NCBI RefSeq assembly: GCF_009914755.1
Contig: NC_060929.1
DNA: 64,000 nucleotides
Source of the DNA: the human T2T-CHM13v2.0 reference genome, Homo sapiens
Strand: one strand, 5' to 3'
This document shows positions 29,501-44,890 of the stretch, piece after piece. Every line of letters starts with the position of its first letter. Positions within the stretch are counted from its first letter, which is position 1. Under the pieces are notes generated by a model. That model was not told the origin of the DNA and made no database searches. It worked only from the letters and a program-made list of their open reading frames with translations. The position numbers and the translations under genes were made by a program.

Positions 29501-30635
29501 TTTAAATACCATCTATATTAAATTCCAAAATATAAATCTCCATGCTAGATCTTTCCCCTAATGCACAGACATTGGAAATTCAACTGTTTATAAATGACAT
29601 CTCAAGCAAAATGGAATGCCTAATCTCCAGTCTCCCCTATTCCCAAACCTAATTGCCTCTGTCTTGGTAAATGGCAACTCCATCCTTCAGGATGTTGAAG
29701 CAAAAACAACCGGAGTCATCATTATCACCTCTCTTTCATAGCCCACTAGTCCCTCAGCAAATTCTGCTGACTTCAAAATACACCCAAAATCTGATCATGC
29801 CTCATCACCTCTAAGTTACCTATCCAATCAATATTAACAATTAATCACTAAGACCTATCTATTCTACTTATTTAAAATCTCAAATCCATTGACTTGTGTC
29901 CACTCTCACTACCCTAGTGTATTATAGGCCATAAACATCTCTAGTATTTTAACTAGAAAACTTTAACAACATCCTAATAGGTCTGCCTGCTTCCAATTTT
30001 GTTGCTCCTCCAATTCATTTTCTACATTTAAAACAACCTTTCTTGAGGAAAATCTGATTATATCATTCCTAAGTCAATTCTTCAATGGCTCATCACTGTC
30101 CTTAAACTAAGTTCTGAACTCTTTAACATGGCTGACAAGATCCTGCATGATTTGGCTTTGAACTCTCCATATCCTCTTTTCTTGTCATGTCCCATTCAAT
30201 ACTTAAAGCTCTAACTACAGTGAGCTTCTTTAAGTCTCTACAATATGTACAATCCTCACTTACAAACATTTTAACATATTGTTCCCTTCTTGGGACAACT
30301 CATTCCCCGTTCTGCTCTTTTCCCTGACTGAAATTCTTCAAATCTCAGTTTAAACACCATTTCTTCTATAAGGACTTCTCTGACCTCCATAAATCATTGT
30401 CCCTGTTTTGTGATGCCAAAGCACCCTGTACTTCTCCTCCATAAAATAGTTACCATATTTCAAACTCTCTCTTTTCCATGATGAATGAGTTCCTGAAAGA
30501 CAGGGACTTTTAAAAAACTTTCTAATGATTGGTGCAATACTGGCAAATTGTAATTGCCCATTAAATACTTAGTAGAAGGTGAAAATATGAAAAATAAAAA
30601 AGAATGAGAAAGTGAAGAAGAAAAAAAATCCATAC

Positions 30636-30818
30636 ATGTTCTGTGTGAGCCATTCCAATTCCATCTTCCACGATTTGTTCTCCTCCTTCAATGTGCTGCA
30701 CAATTCCAACTAATTTTCTGGAATAATCTGAGATTTCCTCTGTGAAGGTCCGTATGCAGTGAGCCATATCTAAAATTGATGCTCGGATCTGATTAGCTTC
30801 TGGTTCCAATACTGAATG
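30636..30818 (-). CDS. TRIM23: TRIM23 exon 5
   Basis: HSVLEPEANQIRAS...AHTEH; 183 nt; AG/GT. Confidence 0.96.
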
Positions 30819-31377
30819 CTATAAAATGTACCATAATTAGAGAAAAGAACTCATAGTATTGACTAATAATATAAAAAACTATTTAAATCCCTATTAATAC
30901 AAAAAAGCATCAGCCACAAGTGACTTTTATGACACAGAAAAATACTAATTTACTTTCACTCCTTTATAAGAAAACTGTACTGCAAAGAAGTAATTTAAAA
31001 TTTGGAAGTCCATTTATTGCTAAACAAAAAACCAAGAGACTATCTCTAAAATCATATCCTAAGTAAGAGCTAACAGACATAAATATTGTCAAAACAATCT
31101 GGTGCATTATGAAAACATGCAAGCAAACAGAATGTTTGTTTCCTGCTCGAAAGCTATTTTTTTGTGAAGAATCATGATGCCTCTTTGAAGTTTTTTTTTT
31201 TTTATAACATTCAGAAATTAAATCTCTCATTTATTTTCATGCTACCAAACCCAATCACTCATCACTTAACTCTTCTTCAATCCCTACTTTCAGAATAAAG
31301 AACCAGGTCAGTGAAAACGAATACTGAGCTGGTAAAGTAGCTACAGTGATCCAACTGATTAATAATTAAATTCATAC

Positions 31378-31656
31378 CTTGTGACCCTGGTGTTTTCCAT
31401 ATTCTTTGCAGACACAGCACATGAGTGGGCTAGTTTGACAACCTTCTTCCAAGCAAACAAACTCAATGGCATGCACCTGGTGCTGAGAGCACATAGTTTT
31501 CTCATGAGGTTTATCAGCTAGAGGAACTCGCCTGTGCTTTGCTAATGTCTTTGTAGAATGAGTAACTTGAGAACACTCAGAGCACAAATGAGTTGCACAC
31601 ACAGTGCAATATACAGAGGCAAGGTGAGCTTCATCTTCATCACAACGAATGATGCT
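31378..31656 (-). CDS. TRIM23: TRIM23 exon 4, B-boxes
   Basis: CDEDEAH...CTVCATHLCSEC...CSQHQVH...CCVCKEYGKHQGHK; 279 nt; AG/GT. Confidence 0.97.
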
Positions 31657-32312
31657 CTGATAAACAAAAAATTAATGCCTTAAAATTGAACCCAATCAGT
31701 ATAACATGACGAATTTTTAAATATAGAATCCATAATCCTTTTTGCTTAACTGAACAATATTTACATATGAAAATATATTGGTCATTAAGAACAAAGGTCA
31801 TTCAATACTCATCTGAGAAGCATTCATTTCTACGGGTAAGAAGCTATTTCCAAGATTAACTGGCCAATATATGTTATGAATTTGAAGCCAAAAATAGAAC
31901 TATTCTCATAGATTCATATTCGGTGCAAAGATCTCTTCCACCAAATCCCCTCACTTTACACAAAAGAAACTAAACCATAGAGAAGTCAAAAGTCTTTCTG
32001 TAAAACTACAAAAATCTGATATTAAATACATCCCCATAGCTTTAAATATTAGTTGTCATGATGATGTATAGGAAGGACAGAAGCACAAATGCTATTTAGA
32101 AAATGTAGGAGTATGCATCAGAATTAGCTGTAAGCTTTTAAAAACATAGCTGTCTGGAAGAGAAATTCTTATTTCAACAGGTTGTGGATGAACCCTAGAC
32201 TTGTATATATTTTTCTAATTATACGCCATGTTATTTTAATAGCTCCACAGGTGAGTCTATTGCACAATCACGGCAGAAAACCACTGATTTAAGCAAATAA
32301 AAAAAAAAAATA

Positions 32313-32620
32313 GGCCAGGCTCAGTGGCTAACATCTGTAATCCCAGCACTTTAAGAAGGCTGAGGCAGGTGATCACTTGAGGCCAGGAGTAAGAGACCAG
32401 CCTGGCCAACATGGGGAAAGTCCATCTCTACTAAACATCCAAAAATTAGTCAGGTGTGGTGGTACATGCCTCTAATACCAGCTACTCAGGTAGCTGAGGC
32501 ACGAGAATCACTTGAAGCCAGGAAGTGGAGGCTGCAGGGAACTGAGATCACGCCACTGCACTCCAGCAAGGGTGACAGAGTGAGACTCTGTCTTAAAAAA
32601 TAACAATAAACAAATAAATA
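32313..32620 (+). mobile_element. AluS
   Basis: Alu dimer. Confidence 0.88.
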
Positions 32621-33873
32621 AAACCTATATGTAAGCATGTAAATATTATTTCTAGTTTTCAGGAATTACAAAAAATAACTAATTATGAAATAATTACTTT
32701 TATTTCAAGTAGATAAAAAATTACATGTCAGATAATCAAGAATGTTTTGAACACTTTTACTCAATATTAAAAGGCCATAATTGGAAGGGGAGAAATTTAG
32801 TATAAATTTTTTCAAAAATAAAAATGTTTAAATACATCAATGGTGTCATTCTTTATCACATTAAATAAAAAATGAATCCAAAGTGGAAGAGTTTTGTTTG
32901 CAATTATGAGAAATAAACACATGTACCATAAAAATTCAGGTCTTCTGTTTCCCAGACCTGACAAATAAATAAATTATAAACTATAATGTCAACATTAGCT
33001 AACAGTAATGTCTTTTGAAATAAAGATTAAAGATTTAGCACAGAAAGAACTGCATAACTTTTAGAAAACAGAGTGTTGCAGTTGGAAATTCATTTCACTG
33101 ATTCACTTTAGTATAAAGAAATCATCATCTAATGAAAGAGAAGTGAAAGCAATCCGACATTTTTTTTCCTTCATACAAAATATGTGGTTTGCAAGTTGAT
33201 CACCAAAATCATTAACTGATATTTACTCCAAATATATTTTTACCCATAACAGCCTACGAAAGCCATGTCCTATAGTACATATGTGCAGCTATGCAAACAC
33301 ATAAGTGCTAAAAATATACTTTTACATTATTAAAATCCAGTGTTCATGGATTCTGATATTTACTAGACATCTACCTGTATGGATAAAGACAGTACATCTA
33401 TACAAAGTTTAACCTTTTCTTGAAGCTATAACAGTAACAATTCCCTCAGAAGTTACTGCTATCTTTAAGGCATTTTCCCCTCTGTATTAAATGGCCTCTT
33501 ACATCGAGTTTTTCTTTCTCTCATTGAGTTTTACTGTTGACTACTTTTGCATCCTCTTCTCTACTGTTGCTTACATATCTTTCTTACTATTCCATAATCT
33601 TCTTCCTCTTTTCACTTTATTCTTGGTAGAACTGAATTATGATAAGGAAAAAAAAGTTCACACATAAAGCATAGTTTAGGCATAGGATTTTCAAATAATT
33701 CTAGTTTTTTCTCTTGGGAATAGTGTTGGCCTTCAGAACTGTAATGTAATGAAAAGTTGTGTTTCTAGAAATTTACCTGCTGAAATAAATGAAGTAATAT
33801 TGTGCTAATAATGGCATCTATTAAAAGAAAAATTCATGCTCGTAACAAATATTTCACCAAGTATGATCAATAC

Positions 33874-33995
33874 CTCTCCAGATATCCCAATGGATTCTTC
33901 TGCAGCTCCATACTGACCAATAGGCCCATTCTGCAGTCGTTCCAAAAGCTCCAATAAAGCAAAATTTTTTTTCAATCCCCAGACACCTGAATCAC
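33874..33995 (-). CDS. TRIM23: TRIM23 exon 3
   Basis: GDSGVWGLKKNFALLELLERLQ...SGE; AG/GT; 122 nt, phase-compatible. Confidence 0.96.
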
Positions 33996-34228
33996 CTAGA
34001 ATAAATATAAAAACAAAAACTAAATCTAACAAAATGGACTATTAATCATTTTACCCATACCTCAAAAGTAATTTCTAATATAGTTCAGTAGTTAATGTCT
34101 AAATTTTTAAAATTCAAATTTTCCCCATTTTTAATACCAAAATAATTGCTTTGTTAATGCTCTCTTAAAAAACAGAAGAATCCTTCAGCCTTCCAAGTAG
34201 AAACACACTTTAAAATTTATTATTTTTT

Positions 34229-34978
<750 letters not shown>

Positions 34979-36140
34979 ATTTCTCTATCATTTAATTTTA
35001 CAAGTCCTATTTTGTCATTGACTTTTACTATACATGCTAAAACAAGCATTTTCAAATACTTTTTGCAGCAACCTACCTTAAGAAATACATATAACATTGT
35101 AACCCAGGACAACATACACACTCTTCCTGAACCTATGAATAAAAGTCAGATCCTTTAGCAGAAGGAATATTTGTTATGGTAAACTCCTATGCAACAAATA
35201 ACATCTGATATAGCTGCCACCTAATACATATTCATTAAATGAATAAATATATAAAAGGTTGATGGAGTCATTGCCTGCAGGGCCCCCCTTCCTCCTGGCT
35301 CTTAAAAAAAAAAAAAGCCATTCTGTGTTGTGGTTCTCCCAAAAAAACTGGACTGAACATATCTATCCTCAGCCTTGCCCCTAGAAGGCTTTCTCCTTAA
35401 TTTTTAACACATATTCTACAACAAGCTGAGTTCTATCTATTTACATAAAGGTTAAGAAGTACACTAAGTGATCATTTAAAAATATAGTCTTGACAATTTT
35501 CTAAATATCCAGTCACTATATAATGAATATATACAAATAAACCTCTAGCATTATTACTAGGTAGTGCCTAATATTTATATCACTTAATTCTGTGTCAAAA
35601 CAACTCTATAATCTCAATGGCTTAACACAACAAAGATTTATTTTTTGCATCATGCAACATCTCAGGGATTAGGGAAGACAAGAGAGACTCTGTTCCCCAC
35701 TGACCACAAACAGGGACACAGCCTACCGAGCCTCCAACCATCTGGACCACCTCACTGCAGCAAGGAGAAGAATTTACTTTGAAAATCATAAACCTTCTCT
35801 TATTAACTTCTACCTGGATGCTAACACTTCACTTCTGCTTACATTTCACTGATCAATGAACATCACACAGTGATGCGTAAGAGGGCAAGGAAGTGTAATT
35901 TCACCATATGAGCAGAAGAAAATCAGGAATATTGCTGAATGGTATTAATAACTACTCATATTCTTCTTGGACTAGAGAGAAATTCTGATTCAGGATTCAG
36001 AGAAGTCAGAGAGGAGGATGGATGTATTCAGTCTAGTTCCCTGTCATAAATTTCTAGTTTTGTTAAACATTGAGGATAGTAACTCTTCACATTGTGGTAT
36101 TAATGTAGAGAAGGTAAAGTGCTCTTCAAAAAGGTAGAAG

Positions 36141-36796
<656 letters not shown>

Positions 36797-37868
36797 TAAG
36801 TATAGTTTTATATAAAGAAATAGTACGATATATGCATATTTCACATAATAAAAGACCAAATAAAAGTACAGAGACTTTCCCAATCCCTATTATTTCTTGG
36901 CTACTGGTAAGTTAATGCTATCTATAATGTTATTACTGTCTATTAGTTGTCAGGCAAATAGACTATTTATATACATCAAAGATCACCAAAACCTTAAAAA
37001 TCCTTTTCTTTCTCCAGAAAATATTTTAAAACCATGTTTCTTAGCATTTCAAAGTCTTCCAGCCTAAAATTATAGGTACTCTTGCTTCCTTTTTTGGTGG
37101 ATAAATTATTTTGAATGTGTTCCACTTGAAAAATAGTATGAATATATTAAAACTGTCTTAGATAGTGCAACTGACCTGGAAAAAAAATGGCAACCTTAAA
37201 CTCTTTTGGAGAAAACTCCCTTATCAAAAAGAGTAAACTTACAGAACTTACGTTTGTAAAATAACTGTTCAAATGTTAGTAAATGCTATTATTTCCAAAT
37301 CTGGTATCTGAAAATAACTTAGTTTGAAATACGTAAAGAAAAGTTTTAAAAGTATACAGAAAACTGCAAAAAAAAGCCACAAACCCTTCAAACTCATTTT
37401 AACAGAAAATAAAGAGTAATTATCACAAGCTACAAACCCTTCTGTCCTTGATATTAGTAAATAAAAACATGGTGAGACTCAAATGACTTATCTGTATTTT
37501 CATTATTGGCTTATTTATTTGTAAAGAAAACATTGTTCTATTGGGTTTATGGCTTCAGGCAAATGATTCACTCTGTGATACACATTCTTATTTATTTGAA
37601 TCAGGGTAGCACGTTTTTCTCAGGTGTCTTAAAGCTCTTTACAGATAAGTATTGAATATAAACATCTCAGAAGATAAAATAAAATTAGTAACTAAGAGTG
37701 AGATAGTTTATAGCTTGAAGATTATTGACCTTAATAGAAACTTAGGCTTTCTGAAACTTTCTGGGAATTTTATCATTCTAAAAATCAAGCGGAAGGACAT
37801 TGTTTCCTATGACATTTGCATTACATGAACAATTTTCAATCTTAAATCCATACAAATACTTTTCCTAC

Positions 37869-38031
37869 CTAGGTCTGTTACTTGTCGATCAAATGGGCAA
37901 CGGATTGCTCTTCCATGAAGAGGTAGGCGAGTGAGACAGTCATGACAGACGGTATGGCCACAAAGCAAAAGACGGGGAACTTTGTCTCCTTGCAAAGAAA
38001 AGACATCTTCACAAACTCCACACTCTAGCAC
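37869..38031 (-). CDS. TRIM23: TRIM23 exon 2, RING finger
   Basis: VLECGVCEDVF...CGHTVCHDC...CPFDR; AG/GT boundaries; 163 nt. Confidence 0.98.
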
Positions 38032-39576
38032 CTAATATTTGAAAAGGAAGGATGTGCTCTTTAAACAATTTTAAAAGCATACATATTTTAGGTATATAAG
38101 AAAATTCACCTAATATATTGAATCAACATTGTTACTTTATTCCTCTATGAAAAAAAAACTATGTAGGTTGTAAAATCTTGAATCACTTTTAAGTCATTCC
38201 ATTTGACCGACCCTGTCAAAATTATATCATAATGAAATATCTTTGAAATACTAAGTGTTGGGGCAAAGATGCTGTAAATTAACATCTTTGTTATCTTTTG
38301 AAAATTATGATTTCAGTCATTACATCTGAATCTGTACAAACAATATGTAATTCTACTGAAGGTGGGTTCTTAAGCAATTTCTCTGCAACTACCTAACCCA
38401 TCATTAATTTCAACACAAATAAACTATCATTAATTTCAACAAAAATAATCTAAAATATGTACTGAGATAACAATTACCCCTGCAAATGATAAAGAACTTG
38501 TTAAGAAAAGACTGCAAGTAACTTTCAAGTATCTTCTACTATCTAATGTACATTAAATAATACAAAGGCAAAAAAAGCAATCATCTTAAATTTCAATTCC
38601 TGTTCTCTATCAATAAATATAGCTCTGAATTAGAAACTAGTTTGTCTTTCTAGCTCTAGTTACAGACACATGACTTGCACAAGGCTACACAGTCAGTCAA
38701 AAGAAAGGCCATTTATCAGCATATTCTGATTCTCAAGTCCATAAGTTTATGTTTTACAAATAGTCAACAAATTGTATTTATAGCAATAAAGCATTTTCAG
38801 CACTTATTTCTAAGTATATTTGTAGTGTTTCATACCTTGCATTAATTTTTTAAAAATACCCACACTGTACTATTCAATCATACCTCAAACTCCTGTCATT
38901 CAAGACCTGCTACAATCTGGTCCCTGTCCTATTGCTTCACTGCCATACTCTTCTGACCCTATGCTCCAACTATATCCAACAGCTTATAGTTCTCAGAACA
39001 TGAGAAACTGTTTCATGTCTCTTCATGCTAACACTGAGGAAAGGACTATACTTGTCCTTTGGGCCCCGATGTACTCTGTATAAGCGTCTACCGTAACACC
39101 CAAAACACTTTAATACCTTGGTCTTTTAGCCCGTCTTTCCCTGTTGGACCAAAGAACCCTCAGGAACTGGGTATTTTAAATACCAAGTACCTACTGCTTA
39201 CATAAAGTCCAGTAAAATAATTTAAAAACAATTAAGCTCACCATCATCAAACACACAACACGAGGTAAAAAACAGAAAACCCAAGGCAGAAATCAGACTA
39301 AATCTACTATGATTTTAAACCTAACTCTACAATTAACTTGGACTTAGTGCTTGAGATGCAAATATCTTTCACCATACAGTGATAATTCATAATTGCTTTG
39401 CATCTTATCATGGTTCAAAAGAAATTTAAATTTAGTCCTTCAATGTAAATAAGGGTTTGGGAAGATAAAAATGAATAAAAATAAGAAACATAACATTGTT
39501 CAGAGAAAAGAAGATGAAAATTCTTTACGTGAAAAGATGTTCAATCTAACTCATAATAAGAAAAATGCAAATTAAA

Positions 39577-39898
<322 letters not shown>

Positions 39899-40571
39899 TC
39901 AAAATACTTTTTTCAGATTAGATCAAAAATGTTGGTAACATTTTGTTAGTGAAGGTGTGGGAAAGCAGACACTCTCATACATTACTAATTGCTATGAAAT
40001 GTTTATTGAGCAATACAGCTTCTATGGAGGGCAACTTGTCAATACTTACCAAATTTAAATAACTCAGTAATTCTAGTTGCAGGAATTTATCCTACAAGCA
40101 TACTAGACACGTGTGACAAAATCTGTATGTTACTCCTTAAAGCATCATTTGCATTAGCAAAAAATTGGAAAGAAAGTAAATATACATCAATATCAGCTTG
40201 GAAAATAAATTGTGGCACATTCATAATACTATAAAACTATATAGGATAGTGAGAAAGATGAAGTTTTTCATATATACACAGAATGATTTCATATGATTAA
40301 AACAAAAAGAAAAATAATAGAATATATTCATTTTTGCATAAAGGTGGGGAAAGAGCAAATTTTTTTTTGTATTGTTGTATAAGCGTATTGTCTTCCTGGA
40401 AGGATACATAGGACACCAGTAACATTGGAACACTGGTTCCCCATGAAAAAGGCAAACAACTGGGGAACAGCTATCCACGTATAATTCTGTCTATTATTCA
40501 TATATACACATACTTCAATTTATCCTACATTTTTTAAAAAGGGGAAAGTTTCACGTTATCAAATTCATTTA

Positions 40572-41186
<615 letters not shown>

Positions 41187-41612
41187 TTATGATACTCTAA
41201 TAAATTAAATTTATGACAATAAACTCCAAAGAACCATATTAAAATTGTTTAGTTCATTTCAATCCTGTATCTCTGATCCCATCACTATACAAAGATTTAA
41301 AAGAACTTCCTTATGCTGTTAATGTATTTTTCAAAAAGCACTAATAAAATTCCATTGATTAGCAAACCAAACACAGGTCCAAAAATAAAGTTACTAGACT
41401 ATTTTGCATCAACTCGGTAAATAATACAGCAAGAAAATATTTCCTCAGTATCTATAAATAGGAATTGTGGTTAACAGCAAAAAACCCTAGATAGGAAAAA
41501 GCTCTTAATTTTACACTTCAAAAAATGCCAAAAAAGCTTCAAACTTATTACTTGTAAATCAAACTGTAATCAATCAGATTATATTTTATTTTATATTGTT
41601 ATTTATTATTAT

Positions 41613-42263
41613 TATTTTTTTTTTTTTGAGAAAGGGTCTCACTCTGTCAGCCAGGCTGGAGAGTAGTGGCCTGAGCATGGTTCACTGCAGCCTTGACCTC
41701 CCAAGCTCAGACAATCCTCCTGCCTCAGACTCCCAAGTAGCTGGTACCACAGGCATGTGCCACTACGCCTGGCTAATTTTTTTTTATTATTATTTGTAGA
41801 GATAGGATCTCACCATGTTGCCCAGGCTGGTCTCAAACTCTGGGGCTCAAGCAATCCTCCCACCTCAGCCTCCCAAAGTGCTGAGATTAAAGGTGTGAAA
41901 CTTTCTGTGATACATTTTTAAATGTCAGTTATTTCACAATATCAGATTTTTTATCTTTTATTTTTCAGATGGAGTCTCACTCTGTCACCCAGGCTGGAAT
42001 GCAGTGGCACAAACTCAGCTCACTGCAACCTCCGCCTCCTGGGTTCAAGTGATTCTCCTACCTCAGCCTCCTGAGTAACTGGGATTAACAGGCCCACACC
42101 ACAATGCCTGGCTACGTTTTGTATTATTAGTAGAGACGGGGTTTCGCCATGTTGGCCAGGCTAGTCTCAAACTCCTGACCTCAAGTGATCCGCCCACTTT
42201 GGCCTCCCAAAGTGCTTCCCAGGCACTTTGTGCTTTACAGGCGTGTGCCACCGCGCCTAGCCA
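41613..42263 (-). mobile_element. AluJ (41613-41898) plus AluS (41947-42263)
   Basis: Antisense Alus; second has TSD ACAATATCAGATTTTT. Confidence 0.88.
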
Positions 42264-43973
42264 CAATATCAGATTTTTATGTTACTGTTTTCTCTAATGA
42301 TAAAAGCCATGTCATTATCAACTTGTTCACAAGCAAAAGGCCATTTTACACAGTATTAGCATTATATACTTCAACTTTTACCTTCCAATAAATACTTCTT
42401 GCTTTCATCTATAGAAATGACAGTGAGATTTTTTTAGTTTATGCTACTATACCTACTACAAATTATGGCATGAAGATTTTGTCAGAAAGGACTATTTCAT
42501 TGCACAGTTCAGGAATATTTTACATGTTAAGATGAAAATGAACAAGGTGAGCCTCCAATGTATCAAATTCTGTGCTGTAAGAAACTGGAGTTACATCAGG
42601 CTTTGGTACACTTTTGAGACTGTAAGGCAAACAGGGTAACAAAAAAATAGATACTGCAATGATACCCATTCCAATTATGAAATAAAACTTAAACTTCAAG
42701 TTAATTCACAAACTGCTCTTCAAGTATTCTCTACTTAGCAAAAGCACAATTCAATAAATAAAATCTCAGTCACACAACATGCCTAATAATGAGGGCTCCT
42801 TTGCATATCAGATATGCCGTGTACCTGTAGAATAACTTCATTAGTACCTAAAGGTCATCTGAATCAACAACCACCAATATTCACTGATACTAAATTGTGG
42901 GAAGAAATGTCTCATTTGCTGTCATATAAAACCAACATTACCTGAATAATCATAGGTGTCTACTTTTCAAGATGTGAAAAAAACTTCATATATTACCTTG
43001 ATCAGTAATTCATAACCCTGGTTGCACATTAAAATAACTTCTGGTAATTCCTAAAATATACTGATGTCAACCTCATCAGAACTGGAGGAGGAGTGCATCA
43101 GTAGTGTACTAAAACTCCTCAGTGATCCTAATATGTAGCCAGGAATGAGAATTATCAATCTCTTAGATTAGAGATGCTCCTGAAGGTTACTCTATAAACC
43201 AATGGGATCAGTTCTCCCCTCCATATCTTTCCGTGCACAACAGTGGAAGGGAAAAATGAGTGCCACATATTTCAAATGATTTTTTAGCAAATTGATTCTG
43301 GAGCATGTATACATGGTAGAATCTCAAACTTCAAGCATAAGAAAATTCATAAACTCTATCGTTAATGCCCAGCTATGACGATGCTGCAGACTTGTGCAAA
43401 GAGTCAATAGACTGTACTACTAACAGGGGAGGGGGCAGCTCACCCAATAACAGATGTCTGATTACAGACGCAGTACAAGAGCGAAAAGTAGACTTTAAAG
43501 CCGGTCAACCCGGGGCTCTGCCACACACTGTTTACCTAAACCTGGGTTTCCTCCCTGTAAAATGGGAATTAACATCTACTTCATAAGTAGATATTAACGA
43601 GCTAAAACACCTAACTTAGTACGTAGTTACGATGATGATGACTCAATTTATAATACTAAGCTAATTAATGTCTGTTGAGTTTAACTAAAAGCAGAGGACC
43701 TGGAGAAAAGACCGGTCTAGGTCACTGCCACTGGCCCGCAAGCTCCTTTTCACAAATGTCCCGATGATGACATGTCATGAGCAGAAGACCAGGCAATTTC
43801 AGGCCATAGGAGAGAAAGGATGCAGAGGAGAGGACGAGACTTGTAATGCCAAAAGGGGCCCAGAGGCCGCGCATCCCACCTATCGAAGCCTGGGCCGCGG
43901 CGATGCCGCCAGGTCTCCAGGATGAACCGAAGGGAGGCCGATGATGGAGAATAGAGCACGCAAGGTCCCTCAC

Positions 43974-44054
43974 CTTCACTACAGCTGTCCCCCGGCTGCC
44001 CTGCCGGCCACTGTCTACTCCCGCTCCGAGCTTGTTTACAACCAGGGTAGCCAT
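43974..44054 (-). CDS. TRIM23: TRIM23 exon 1 coding part (MATLVVNKLGAGVDSGRQGSRGTAVVK)
   Basis: ATG at 44054 in good context (AGGATGG), GTGAG donor, within the CpG island; 81 nt. Confidence 0.97.
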
Positions 44055-44454
44055 CCTCGCAGGGGAAGCGCCACAGAAACAGCCTTCAGAGTCCTCAACT
44101 GAGAGGCGGGGTTGAGCCACCTACCCAGAGGCCTCTGCGCACGCCACCGGCGCACAGGCGCAGTAGGACACTGGGCGCCGCTCAGCCGACTCTTACTCCT
44201 CCTCCCCGCAATCGTCGGGTGGTTAGTTGCACAGCCTCGCGCATGGGCACTTTTGTTATTTTTCATTATGTAGTCTGCAGCTGCTGGAGGAAAGACAAGA
44301 AAAAAAAAGAAGGGACAAAACGATTAAAGTTTTGGGGTGAAACTCCAGATCCTTTAATGATTTTTCCTCTCGAATCGCAAACCAGCCAGGGCGTGAACTG
44401 AGGGCGGTGAGGGGGTACGGGCATCTCCCTGCATGCAACGCGGCTTTTGTATAA

Positions 44455-44474
44455 ACTACAAATCCCAGCATGCC
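44455..44474 (+). promoter_or_regulatory. ZNF143/THAP11 (SBS, ACTACA-type) motif
   Basis: ACTACAAATCCCAGCATGCC closely matches the ACTACAnnTCCCAnnATGC consensus typical of bidirectional promoters. Confidence 0.8.
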
Positions 44475-44475
44475 A

Positions 44476-44485
44476 CTCTCTCTCT

Positions 44486-44525
<40 letters not shown>

Positions 44526-44528
44526 AAA
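44476..44528. repeat. (CT)7-T30-A10 tract in the promoter centre
   Basis: T run 44489-44518 directly followed by A run 44519-44528. Confidence 0.95.
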
Positions 44529-44844
44529 CTCCGGCAACGTTGGCCTTTGGGAGGCCGCGTATTGTTACCTAGGGGTGGTTTCTTTTCCTGCAGTCGCGAT
44601 GTGTGATTGCAGATGGAAAACAAAGTATTTTATGCCTACGTTTCTAAGATAGAAGAAATGGACTTGTTGAAAAGAAGCCAGTTTGTAAAGGACACAGTAG
44701 GAGAATTTAAGGTACCACCACCAGAGAGAGGTTGAGAGTGCGTTTGACTTTTGGTTTTGTCAAACGCGAGGTTTTCCGTTTCCTTCCGGGGCAAGTTGAA
44801 CCTGTCCAGCCCCCGTAGGCTGTGGGTCAAAAGTGCCGGTCAAA

Positions 44845-44890
44845 ATGGAAGTGAATCCCCCTAAACAGGAGCACCTGCTGGCGCTAAAAG
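44845..44890 (+). CDS. TRAPPC13: TRAPPC13 exon 1 coding part (MEVNPPKQEHLLALK+G)
   Basis: Strong Kozak AAAATGG; donor AAG|GTAAAC at 44891; 46 nt. Confidence 0.95.

Noticed and set aside
44055-44120. In-frame GTG-initiated 22-aa N-terminal extension of TRIM23
   Set aside because: Weak context (pyrimidine at -3) and probably at or beyond the TSS; the ATG at 44054 has good context. Ribo-seq would be needed.
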